64,000 nt of DNA from Bacilli bacterium (GTDB lineage: Bacteria > Bacillota_I > Bacilli_A > ML615J-28 > CAG-313), in NCBI GenBank assembly GCA_017501465.1, contig JAFVWY010000009.1, forward strand, positions 115,092-179,091. Direction: 5' to 3'. Numbering within the stretch: the stretch's first letter is position 1; every line of letters starts with the position of its first letter. The notes under the pieces were generated by a model. It worked only from the letters and a program-made list of their open reading frames with translations, was not told where the DNA came from and made no database searches. Shown here piece by piece: positions 9,938-19,309 of this stretch. The position numbers and the translations under genes are program-made.

Positions 9938-11023
9938 ATGAGAAATAAAATTGATTTTAAACTATTATTTTTAATAATTACTTTGGTTATATTTGGTATA
10001 GTAATGGTTTATTCATCAAGTAATGTGGTAGCTAGATTTCGATACAATGATGAATTATACTATTTTAAAAGACAATTGCTTTTTAGTGTTGTAGGAGTAA
10101 TTTTAATGTTATTAATTAGTAAGATCAACATTAATAAAATTAAAAAATACTCAAAGTTTTTTTTCTTAATATGTATAGTATTATTAGTTGCAGTATTAAT
10201 TTTCTCTAAAGCGATTGGAGGAGCTAAGTCTTGGCTTCAATTTGGCAGTTTTAGTTTACAACCTTCAGAGTTTATGAAAATTGCCTTAATACTTTTACTT
10301 AGCAATTATTTATCAAAATACCACCAAGATATAAAAAAATTTAAATACTTTATTTTACTATTATCGATTATTATATTTGTTTTTGGCTTAATTATGTTAC
10401 AGCCTGATTTTGGAACGGGTTTAGTTATTGTATTAAGCGGAATTACTTTATTGTTTATTGCTGGGACACCATTTAAATATTTCTTAATGTTATTTGGTAT
10501 TGGCATAATTGGTTTAGTAGGTTTAATTTTATCCGCTCCTTATAGACTAGATAGAATTTTAGCTTTTATTAATCCTTGGAGTGATCCACTAGGAAGTGGC
10601 TTTCAAGGGATACAATCGATACTAGCAGTTGCACCTAGCGGATTATTTGGACTTGGTTTTAATAAGAGTATCCAAAAACAATTCTTTTTACCGGAACCCC
10701 AAAATGATTTTATTTTTGCCATCATATGTGAAGAACTCGGATTAATTGGTGCGGTATTTTTAATTTTATTATATTTTTTATTTTTATATAAAACTATTAG
10801 ATTAAGTGTTAGAGTAGAAGATAAATATAAGTCTTTTGTAGCTTTAGGAATTGGCATTAGTATTTTTATTCAAGCAATTATTAATATAAGTGTCGTAATC
10901 GGTCTATTACCAATAACAGGAATAACTCTTCCTTTTATTAGTTATGGAGGATCTAGTTTAGTAATTACTTTAATTGGCTGTGGAATTATTTTAAATATTT
11001 CTAAATATGAGGAGGTTGTATGA
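9938..11023 (+). CDS. ftsW: SEDS-family peptidoglycan glycosyltransferase (FtsW/RodA)
   Basis: About 10 TM helices. C-terminal PITGITLPFISYGGSSL SEDS signature. GAGGT RBS before the ATG at 9938. TGA stop overlaps the murG ATG. Confidence 0.85.
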   Translation: MRNKIDFKLLFLIITLVIFGIVMVYSSSNVVARFRYNDELYYFKRQLLFSVVGVILMLLISKININKIKKYSKFFFLICIVLLVAVLIFSKAIGGAKSWLQFGSFSLQPSEFMKIALILLLSNYLSKYHQDIKKFKYFILLLSIIIFVFGLIMLQPDFGTGLVIVLSGITLLFIAGTPFKYFLMLFGIGIIGLVGLILSAPYRLDRILAFINPWSDPLGSGFQGIQSILAVAPSGLFGLGFNKSIQKQFFLPEPQNDFIFAIICEELGLIGAVFLILLYFLFLYKTIRLSVRVEDKYKSFVALGIGISIFIQAIINISVVIGLLPITGITLPFISYGGSSLVITLIGCGIILNISKYEEVV

Positions 11024-12015
11024 AAACAATTGTTATAATTGGGGGAAATACTTTAGGCCATGTAATTCCTGGAATAAGTATCGTTAATGGCCTTAGAAAT
11101 AAATATCCTCAAAATAGAATTATTTATGTTACTAATAGTAAACAAATGAATCTAAAAATTATTAAAGAATCAAACGCTGATATAAAAGAGTTTATTGATA
11201 TTAAGAGCCTTTCAAGACTTAATGAAATTAAAGAGTTTTTTAAGCTAAGAAAATACTTTATTAATTTATATAAAAAGTATAAGGTTGATTTAGTAATTGG
11301 ATTTGGTTCTTTTATATCTAGTGTTGGTATAATTACAGCCCAAATGCTAAATATTGATACAATAATTCATGAACAAAATAAAGTATTGGGACTTGGTAAT
11401 AAGTTATGTTATTTTAAAACAAAGAAATTACTATTGAATTATCCGTTAAATAAAAAACATAGAAAGAGTGTTGTTGTTGGTAATCCAATCCTAGTAAGTA
11501 ATCAAAGTAAAACAAAAAAAGAAAAATTAGTAATTACTAGTGGTAGCGGAGGAGCAAAATTTTTTAATGATATAATGGTAGATTTCTTAAATAATTACGA
11601 AGACAATTTAGAAATTACTTTTATTACAGGAAAAAAATATTACGATGAGATAAATTCAAAAATTAATAATAAAAAAATACAAATAGTTGACTTCATTGAT
11701 GATTTAGGTAGTTATTTACAAGATGTTAAATATATAATTACAAGAGCTGGTGCGACTACTTTATCAGAGATTTTTGAACTTGGTATTAAACCTATCATTA
11801 TTCCATCGCCTAATGTTTCTAATAATCATCAAGTATTAAACGCTTTAGAATATAAAGATTACAGTATAATTTTATATGAAAAAAATTTAACACCTGATGT
11901 GTTACTAACTTCTTTAAAAAAATTAAAGGATTTAAACCCCTTTAAAAAAGACTGTTTGGTAAGTCCTGTCTATCAATTTATAGAGGAAGTAAATGATGTT
12001 AAAAGACTATATTAG
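11020..12015 (+). CDS. murG: undecaprenyldiphospho-muramoylpentapeptide beta-N-acetylglucosaminyltransferase
   Basis: N-terminal IVIIGGNTLGHVIPGISI G-loop. C-terminal TRAGATTLSE. Confidence 0.85.
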   Translation: MKTIVIIGGNTLGHVIPGISIVNGLRNKYPQNRIIYVTNSKQMNLKIIKESNADIKEFIDIKSLSRLNEIKEFFKLRKYFINLYKKYKVDLVIGFGSFISSVGIITAQMLNIDTIIHEQNKVLGLGNKLCYFKTKKLLLNYPLNKKHRKSVVVGNPILVSNQSKTKKEKLVITSGSGGAKFFNDIMVDFLNNYEDNLEITFITGKKYYDEINSKINNKKIQIVDFIDDLGSYLQDVKYIITRAGATTLSEIFELGIKPIIIPSPNVSNNHQVLNALEYKDYSIILYEKNLTPDVLLTSLKKLKDLNPFKKDCLVSPVYQFIEEVNDVKRLY

Positions 12016-12952
12016 TAAAAATCATATAGGTACTTTGTATGAATATCACGAGTTAAAACAATATACGACATTTAAAATTGGTGGAATTTGTAGGTATTAT
12101 ATAGAGGTTAGTTCAATAGTAAAATTAAGCTTATTGATTAAATACTTAAAAAAAATTAATTATTTATATTATATTTTGGGAAATGGCTCTAATTTATTAA
12201 TAGATGATTGTTTTTTAGATTGTGTTTTTATAAGTTTAAAAAAGCTTAATAAAATTACAAAATTAGCTGAAAACATATATATGTTAGATGCAGGACTTAA
12301 ACCTAATCTATTAGGAATCAAGCTAGTAAAAGATGGTTTTATTGATGCGATACCATTTTGTTTAATTCCAGGAACAATTGGTGGTTTAACTTATATGAAT
12401 GCATCTTGTTTTAAAAAAAGTATTCAAAATATTGTCAAGTCTGTAATTTGTATGGACCATTTTGGTAATATCATATTCTTAAAAGATTGTCAGTTTAGTT
12501 ACCGAAAAAGTATATTCCAAGAGTTGAACTTAATAATATTAAAGGTAATATTTGAGTTTAAAGAAAAAAAAGAAGATGCCTATTCTACTTTAAAAAAGTA
12601 TCAAAATATTAAAAAAACAACCCAACCAATGTTAGTAAATACTAGTGGTAGTATGTTTATGAATGATTTAAATTATCATGCTTGGGAGCTAATAGATAAA
12701 TTAAAATTAAGAGGTTTTTCAATAAATGATGCTTGTATTAGTATGATTCATACTAACTTTTTTCTTAATAAAGGAAATGCTAAATTCAAAGAAATGATAG
12801 CTTTAATCTATTATGTTAAAACTAAAATATTTTTAGAATTTAATATCAAATTAAAATTAGAAGTAAAAATAATTACTATTCAATCTATTGCCTATTCAAA
12901 GAATAATTTGAGGAATAAGATAGATTGGGAGGGGAATTATGAATCATTTTAA
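11993..12952 (+). CDS. murB: UDP-N-acetylenolpyruvoylglucosamine reductase
   Basis: TTFKIGG and LGNGSNLLIDD FAD-binding motifs. Position after murG. Confidence 0.7.
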   Translation: MMLKDYISKNHIGTLYEYHELKQYTTFKIGGICRYYIEVSSIVKLSLLIKYLKKINYLYYILGNGSNLLIDDCFLDCVFISLKKLNKITKLAENIYMLDAGLKPNLLGIKLVKDGFIDAIPFCLIPGTIGGLTYMNASCFKKSIQNIVKSVICMDHFGNIIFLKDCQFSYRKSIFQELNLIILKVIFEFKEKKEDAYSTLKKYQNIKKTTQPMLVNTSGSMFMNDLNYHAWELIDKLKLRGFSINDACISMIHTNFFLNKGNAKFKEMIALIYYVKTKIFLEFNIKLKLEVKIITIQSIAYSKNNLRNKIDWEGNYESF

Positions 12953-13337
12953 TTATTTTAAAAATTACAAGAATAATAATACTTTAGTTTCTTTAGCTAC
13001 ACCTACAACTGGTTTTAAAAGAGGAAATATGTTTAATAATCTTTATAAACCCTATAGGAATTATTCGGTTAGCGACTTAACATTTAAAACTGATAAAGAA
13101 CGTTTAATGTATGAAATTCAAATGCATTCGTTTGTGGTGAATGATTTAGTTTTATATTTAGATGTTAATCCAACTGATCAAGAAGCTTTAAGAAGTTTTA
13201 AAGAATATAATCAAAAGTATAATTTACTTGTAAATGAGTTTGAACGAAAGTATCATCCTTTATGTATCAATTCAGAACAGTTTAATCAAAACTATTTTGA
13301 ATGGGTTAATAATTGGCCTAAAGGGGTGATGATGTAA
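12939..13337 (+). CDS. cotJB: CotJA-like / CotJB fusion protein
   Basis: N-terminal GNMFNNLYKPY resembles the CotJA core. The C-terminal 85 aa, LMYEIQMHSFVVNDLVLYLDVNPTDQEALRSFKEYNQKYNLLVNEFERKYHPL, match the CotJB domain. Coupled to cotJC. Confidence 0.6.
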   Translation: MNHFNYFKNYKNNNTLVSLATPTTGFKRGNMFNNLYKPYRNYSVSDLTFKTDKERLMYEIQMHSFVVNDLVLYLDVNPTDQEALRSFKEYNQKYNLLVNEFERKYHPLCINSEQFNQNYFEWVNNWPKGVMM

Positions 13338-13897
13338 TGTGGAAATATGAAAAGATTTTAGCATTTCCAATGAACATTAAAAAGAAAGACTTAAGGCTTG
13401 CAAAAGTAATATTAAGTCAATATGGTGGTCCACAAGGTGAATTAGGAGCTGCTTTAAGATATTTAAATCAAAGCTATACTATGCCTGATGATTATGGTAA
13501 AGCATTACTTAAAGATATTGGTACAGAAGAACTATCTCACGTTGAAATGCTTTGTGAAATGGTAGTTCAACTAACAAAAGATGCAACCATTAAGGAAATT
13601 AAAGAAGCTCATTTAGAGGATTACTTTACAGAACATGGTTTAGATTTATATGCACAAAATGCTTCAGGTGTTAGCTTTGATACAAAAGTCTTTTCATCTG
13701 TTGGTGATGTAATTGCAAATATTCATGAAGACATGGCGGCTGAAGAAAAAGCAAGAGCAGTATATGAACATTTAATTGACTTAACCGATGATGAAGAAGT
13801 CTTAAGACCACTACTTTTCTTAAGACAAAGAGAAATTGTTCATTATGCAAGATTTAAAGAATTATTAGAACATTATCAATCAAAAATGAATGAGTAA
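13337..13897 (+). CDS. cotJC: manganese catalase-family protein CotJC
   Basis: 186 aa. LRYLNQSYTMP and EELSHVEML di-metal ligand regions typical of CotJC / Mn-catalase. Confidence 0.8.
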   Translation: MWKYEKILAFPMNIKKKDLRLAKVILSQYGGPQGELGAALRYLNQSYTMPDDYGKALLKDIGTEELSHVEMLCEMVVQLTKDATIKEIKEAHLEDYFTEHGLDLYAQNASGVSFDTKVFSSVGDVIANIHEDMAAEEKARAVYEHLIDLTDDEEVLRPLLFLRQREIVHYARFKELLEHYQSKMNE

Positions 13898-14010
13898 ACT
13901 CATTCATTTTTTCTTTTTAAAAAAATATTTTTTTTATTTATGTGTAAAAAAAACCCATTAGTGTTATAATACGTTTACTAAAGATAGAAAAAAAATAAGT
14001 GGAGGATAAT

Positions 14011-15132
14011 ATGAACAGAACAATTGATGATATGTTAAGTTCTAGCCCAGTTATAAAAGTTGTTGGTGTTGGTGGTGGTGGTTGTAACGCCGTTAACCGT
14101 ATGATTTTAAATGATGTAATTGGTGTAGATTTTGTTGCAATTAATACTGACTGTCAAGCATTAAAAATGTCAAGAGCAGCAACTAAATTACAAATTGGTC
14201 GCCAAATCACTAAAGGATGGGGAGCTGGTGCAGAACCTGAAATTGGCCAAAGAGCTGCTGAAGAATCTGAAGATGAAATTAGAGAAGTTTTAAAAGATGC
14301 TGATATGATCTTTATTACTGCTGGTATGGGTGGAGGAACTGGTACTGGTGCCGCTCATATAGTTGCGAAAATCGCTAAAGAAATGGGAAGTTTAGTTATT
14401 GCTGTTGTTACTAAGCCATTCTCATTTGAAGGTAATAAACGTATGAAAGATGCTCTTATGGGTATCGAAAAGATTCGTCCTCATGTTGACTCACTAGTAA
14501 TTATTCCTAACGATAAACTTTTAGATGGTGGACCTGACGTTACTTATCTAGAAGCTGTTAGAGAAGCTGACAATGTTTTAAGAAGAGCTGTACAAGGTAT
14601 CTCAGAGATTATTACATTACCTGCTATGATTAACGTAGACTTTGCGGATGTAAGACATGTATTAAAAGATAGTGGTACTGCCTTAATGGGTATTGGTGCT
14701 GCTACTGGTCCTAATCGTGCAATTGAAGCTGCAAGACATGCTGTTTGTAGTCCCCTTCTTGAAATTGATATAAATGGTGCAACTGATGCTATTGTACAAA
14801 TTACAAGTGATACTGAAATTAAGATGAAAGAAGTTCAAGATATTGTTGATGAAATTAAAAATGCATCAACTACTGAAATCAATGTTATCTTCGGTACTGG
14901 ATTTAATACAGGTTTAGAAGGCGCAATCGTTGTAACTGTTATTGCAACTGGTTTTGACAAAACACAAAAAGAAAGACAACTTAATGTTTTAGATACTGAA
15001 TCAGAAGCTGAAGTTGTTGGTCTTGGTGGTGGCGAAACTACATCTAATGATCCTGTTGAAGACCCTAGAAATTCAGAAAAAGAACAAATTAGAGGACAAA
15101 TGCCTAAATGGCTAACTGATCGTTTTAAATAA
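14011..15132 (+). CDS. ftsZ: cell division GTPase FtsZ
   Basis: GVGGGGCNAVNRM and GGGTGTG tubulin signature. GGAGG RBS before the ATG at 14011. The 13999 GTG start in the ORF track is an N-terminal over-extension. Confidence 0.95.
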   Translation: MNRTIDDMLSSSPVIKVVGVGGGGCNAVNRMILNDVIGVDFVAINTDCQALKMSRAATKLQIGRQITKGWGAGAEPEIGQRAAEESEDEIREVLKDADMIFITAGMGGGTGTGAAHIVAKIAKEMGSLVIAVVTKPFSFEGNKRMKDALMGIEKIRPHVDSLVIIPNDKLLDGGPDVTYLEAVREADNVLRRAVQGISEIITLPAMINVDFADVRHVLKDSGTALMGIGAATGPNRAIEAARHAVCSPLLEIDINGATDAIVQITSDTEIKMKEVQDIVDEIKNASTTEINVIFGTGFNTGLEGAIVVTVIATGFDKTQKERQLNVLDTESEAEVVGLGGGETTSNDPVEDPRNSEKEQIRGQMPKWLTDRFK

Positions 15133-15232
15133 TTCAATTGTTTAAAACGTTAAAATATTTGTCATATGCTGAAATTCGACAAAGAAGATATGTTTACATA
15201 TCTTCTTTTTTTAAAAAAGAAAGGAAATTATT

Positions 15233-15667
15233 ATGAAAATTGTAATTGGTTCTGATCATGCTGGATTTGAATTAAAAGAACAACTTGTTAATTATTTACA
15301 AGAAAAATATAAAGTAGTAAATTGTGGAACATACTCTAAAGATTCTGTTGATTATCCTGATTATGCCAAAGCTGTATGTCTTGAAATGAATGAAAATACT
15401 GTTGGCATTTTAGTTTGTTTTACAGGAATTGGTATGAGTATTGCTGCAAATAAATTTAAAGGTGTTAGAGCTGCTTTGGTTGGTAGTGTTGAAGATGCAA
15501 AACTTACAAGAGAACACAACAACGCAAACGTTTTATGTTTAAGTAGTAAAAATACTCCATTTGAACTTGCTAAAAAAATAGTTGATACTTTTTTAACAAC
15601 TGAATTCACTTATGGTAGACATGAAAATAGAGTTAATAAAATATTAAAAATTGAAGAAGAAAATTAA
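15233..15667 (+). CDS. rpiB: ribose-5-phosphate isomerase B
   Basis: MKIVIGSDHAGFELKE, RpiB/LacAB family, 144 aa. Confidence 0.85.
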   Translation: MKIVIGSDHAGFELKEQLVNYLQEKYKVVNCGTYSKDSVDYPDYAKAVCLEMNENTVGILVCFTGIGMSIAANKFKGVRAALVGSVEDAKLTREHNNANVLCLSSKNTPFELAKKIVDTFLTTEFTYGRHENRVNKILKIEEEN

Positions 15668-15698
15668 AAGTCCTGTATTAATTTACAGGACTTTTTTC
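15667..15698 (+). terminator. rho-independent terminator after rpiB
   Basis: aagtcctgta..tacaggactt hairpin followed by ttttc. Confidence 0.65.
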
Positions 15699-16105
15699 AA
15701 TAATATTAAAATAAATAAAAGAAAAGATATTATTTAAAATCTAAAAAAATATTATGTTAGAATTAAAACATGAGAAATATAATTAACTTATTTACTTTAA
15801 AAAAAATTTATAATTATGAAATTATTTATATTGGAAGTGTGTTATTATTTATCACTAAATATGTTGATTTAAATCAATTAAAAGCTCTTGTAAATTATAG
15901 TATAGTAGGTGGTGTTATTCTAATAATTTTAGACAATTTAAATGAAATTTATATGATACACGAATCAATATTTGACATATGTGAACAATATATCATAATT
16001 TATTTAGATTAATTTCAAAAAAAATCTTGACTTGAGTAGGTATTAATATGGTATAATATAAGTGTAAATAGAAGTATTTACAAAATTATATTGGAGGTAT
16101 TATAT

Positions 16106-16642
16106 ATGAAGATTAACATTCATGGAAAAAACAAATTCGTGGTAAAGCCAGCATTAAAAGAGTACATTGAAGAACAACTTTTACCAATTGAAAAGATGTT
16201 TAGAATGGCTGAAAGTGTGACTGCTAATGTCGTATGTAAAGAATATGGTGATACCAAGACAGTGGAGGTTACCATACCAACAAAATACCTTATTATGAGA
16301 GCTGAAAGTAAAGCCGATGATATGTTCAAGGCTGTAGATTTAGCTTTAGAAAAACTTGAAAAACAATTACTAAGACATAAGAAAAAGATTAATTCTATCA
16401 TTAGAAAACGTGATGGTGTAGGAAATTACTTTAGTGAACTTGTTCAAGGTGAAGAAGTAGAACATAAACCGGTTGTTAAAGAAAAAACTGTCGATCTACC
16501 TATTATGAGCGTTGAAGAAGCAATTACTCAATTAGAATTATTAGATCATGATTTCTTTATGTTTATCAATGAGGAAAATCATAAACCTACAACTTTATAT
16601 TTGAGAAATGATGGAAATTATGCAGTAATTAAATCTAAATAA
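16106..16642 (+). CDS. hpf: ribosome hibernation promoting factor (long HPF)
   Basis: MKINIHGKN start after GGAGG. RaiA/HPF N-terminal domain plus C-terminal dimerisation domain. TTGACT..TATAAT promoter upstream. Terminator 16647..16673. Confidence 0.85.
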   Translation: MKINIHGKNKFVVKPALKEYIEEQLLPIEKMFRMAESVTANVVCKEYGDTKTVEVTIPTKYLIMRAESKADDMFKAVDLALEKLEKQLLRHKKKINSIIRKRDGVGNYFSELVQGEEVEHKPVVKEKTVDLPIMSVEEAITQLELLDHDFFMFINEENHKPTTLYLRNDGNYAVIKSK

Positions 16643-16748
16643 TTAATTAAGCCTTCGGGCTTAATTTTTTTAAATTTTAAAGTTTGACATTAATTACTTG
16701 ATAAAATATTCAAAAAGTGGTATCATATGTAAGAAAGAGGTAATTAGC

Positions 16749-19262
16749 ATGTTTAAAAAATTATTTGATTCAGGATATAAAGAACTAAAGAAATGTGAAA
16801 AACTTGCAGATAAAGTTTTAGCTTTAGAATCTAAATATCGTGAAATGACTGACGATGAATTAAAGAATAAAACTATTGAGTTTAAAGAAAGACTAAGTAA
16901 AGGTGAAACTCTAGATGATATTTTAGTAGAAGCTTTCGCAACCTCACGTGAAGCTGCATATAGAGTATTAGGTTTACTAGCATTTAAAGTTCAAATTATT
17001 GGTGCGGCAACAATGCATTATGGTAATATTGCCGAAATGAAAACTGGTGAAGGTAAAACATTAACTTCAGTTTTAGTTGCTTATCTTAATGCTTTATCAG
17101 GTAAGGGTGTTCATATCGTTACTGTTAATGAATACTTAGCTCATCGTGATGCTACTGAAATGGGTATGGTTCATAAATTCTTAGGTTTAACTGTCGGGTT
17201 AAATGTTAGAGAACTTACTAAAGAAGAAAAGAAAGAAGCATACAATTGTGATATTACTTACTCTACTAATAATGAATTAGGGTTTGACTACTTAAGAGAC
17301 CACATGGTAGTAAGACTTGAAGATATGGTACAAAGAGAATTAAATTTTGCCATCGTCGATGAAGTTGACTCTATTTTAATTGATGAAGCAAGAACACCTT
17401 TAATCATCTCTGGTGGTGCAAAGGGTGGACCAAATTTATATGAATCTGCTAATACTTTTGTTAGAAGTCTTCGTGAAGATGAATATGAAAAAGATGTTAA
17501 GTCTAAACACGTTACTTTAACAGAAAAAGGTATGGAGAGAGCTCAAAATTACTTTAGAATTGATAACTTATATGATGTTCAATATGTAACATTAGTACAT
17601 AGAATTAATAATGCCTTAAAAGCAAATTATGGAATGGATCGCGATGTTGACTATGTTGTTCAAGATAATACAGTTATTATCGTTGACCCATTTACAGGTC
17701 GTTTAATGCATGGAAGACAATTTAGCGAAGGATTACATCAAGCATTAGAAGCTAAAGAAAGAGTAGAAATTAAGAAAGAAACTAGAACATTAGCAACAAT
17801 TACATTCCAAAATTATTTTAGACTTTATAATAAACTTGCTGGGATGACAGGTACTGCTAAAACAGAAGAAGAAGAATTTAGAAATATTTATAATATGTTT
17901 GTAGTTGAAATTCCAACTAATGTTCCAGTTGTTAGAATTGATGATAATGATAGAATTTTCCAAACTATGAAGGGAAAATACAATGCACTAGCTAAAGATA
18001 TTGCTGAAAGACATAAAAAAGGTCAACCAGTTTTAGTTGGTACAATTTCAATTGAATCAAGTGAATTATTATCAGAATTACTTAGAAAACGTGGTATTCC
18101 ACATAAGGTTTTAAATGCTAAACAACATGAAAGAGAAGCAGAAATTGTTGCTCATGCTGGTGAAATTGGTGCAGTTACCATTGCAACAAATATGGCAGGT
18201 CGTGGTACCGATATTAAACTTGGTGAAGGTGTTGTTGAGCTTGGCGGTCTTGCTGTTATTGGTACTGAACGTCATGAGTCACGTCGTATTGATAATCAGT
18301 TAAGAGGTCGTAGTGGACGTCAAGGAGACCCAGGATATAGCTGTTTTTACTTATCATGTGAAGATGATTTACTAGTAAGATTTGGTAGTGATAGATTTAA
18401 AACAATTGTAAAACTTGGTACTAGCGGTGAAGTTGATGAAGAAGGTAATGAATTACCACTTACAATGAAGATTATGAGTAATTTTATTGAAGGTGCTCAA
18501 AAAAGAGTTGAAGGTGCTAACTACGACAGACGTAAAAATGTCGTTGAATATGATGAAGTATTAAGATTACAAAGAGAAGTTATTTATCAACAAAGACATG
18601 ATATTTTAACAATGGATGATATGGAACCAGTAATTGTTAAAATGATGAAAAGTGTGGTAGAAAGATCTGTTAACAAATTTGTAGTTTACGAAGGTAAAAA
18701 AGAATCATTTGATACAGAAAGATTCTATAAAGAATTTGTTCAACTATATTTTAATGCTGAAAGCTTTGAATATGATGCTTTTGATGAGTTAAAAACAGAT
18801 GAAATTAAAGAGAAAATCTATAATAAGTTTATCAGTAACCTAGAAGATAAAAAGAATACTTTACCTGCTGAGGTTGTTCAAGAATTTATGAAAGTAATTC
18901 TATTAAAAGTTGTTGATAGATACTGGATGAATCATATTGACCAAATGAGTAGTCTAAGACAAAGTATTGGCTTAAAATCATATTCTCAAGAAAACCCACT
19001 TAGAGAATATCGTGAAATAGGTTTCCAAATGTTCGATGAAATGATTATGCATATTGAAAATGATGTTGTAATCAATATTAATAGAGCACAAATTAGGGAT
19101 AACTTAGAAAGAGAACAAGTAGCAAAACCAACAGGAACAAGTGGTGGTGGAAGTGAAGAAACTCTTAAGAGAAAACCAGTAACTTCAAATAAAAAACCTG
19201 GTAGAAATGAACCATGTCCTTGTGGTAGTGGTAAAAAATATAAAAACTGTTGTGGGAAGTAG
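16749..19262 (+). CDS. secA: preprotein translocase ATPase SecA
   Basis: MFKKLFDSGYKELKK start after AAGAGG. Walker A GEGKT. DEVDSILIDEARTPLIISG. C-terminal zinc finger CPCGSGKKYKNCCG. Confidence 0.95.
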   Translation: MFKKLFDSGYKELKKCEKLADKVLALESKYREMTDDELKNKTIEFKERLSKGETLDDILVEAFATSREAAYRVLGLLAFKVQIIGAATMHYGNIAEMKTGEGKTLTSVLVAYLNALSGKGVHIVTVNEYLAHRDATEMGMVHKFLGLTVGLNVRELTKEEKKEAYNCDITYSTNNELGFDYLRDHMVVRLEDMVQRELNFAIVDEVDSILIDEARTPLIISGGAKGGPNLYESANTFVRSLREDEYEKDVKSKHVTLTEKGMERAQNYFRIDNLYDVQYVTLVHRINNALKANYGMDRDVDYVVQDNTVIIVDPFTGRLMHGRQFSEGLHQALEAKERVEIKKETRTLATITFQNYFRLYNKLAGMTGTAKTEEEEFRNIYNMFVVEIPTNVPVVRIDDNDRIFQTMKGKYNALAKDIAERHKKGQPVLVGTISIESSELLSELLRKRGIPHKVLNAKQHEREAEIVAHAGEIGAVTIATNMAGRGTDIKLGEGVVELGGLAVIGTERHESRRIDNQLRGRSGRQGDPGYSCFYLSCEDDLLVRFGSDRFKTIVKLGTSGEVDEEGNELPLTMKIMSNFIEGAQKRVEGANYDRRKNVVEYDEVLRLQREVIYQQRHDILTMDDMEPVIVKMMKSVVERSVNKFVVYEGKKESFDTERFYKEFVQLYFNAESFEYDAFDELKTDEIKEKIYNKFISNLEDKKNTLPAEVVQEFMKVILLKVVDRYWMNHIDQMSSLRQSIGLKSYSQENPLREYREIGFQMFDEMIMHIENDVVININRAQIRDNLEREQVAKPTGTSGGGSEETLKRKPVTSNKKPGRNEPCPCGSGKKYKNCCGK

Positions 19263-19309
19263 TTAATTAAGACCAAACATTGTTTGGTCTTGTTTAATAG
19301 GAGGAGCTT

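Noticed and set aside
15770-16012. 80-aa ORF in the rpiB-hpf spacer.
   Set aside because: No Shine-Dalgarno sequence. Extreme AT-rich Ile/Asn/Tyr composition typical of spurious ORFs. No motif.
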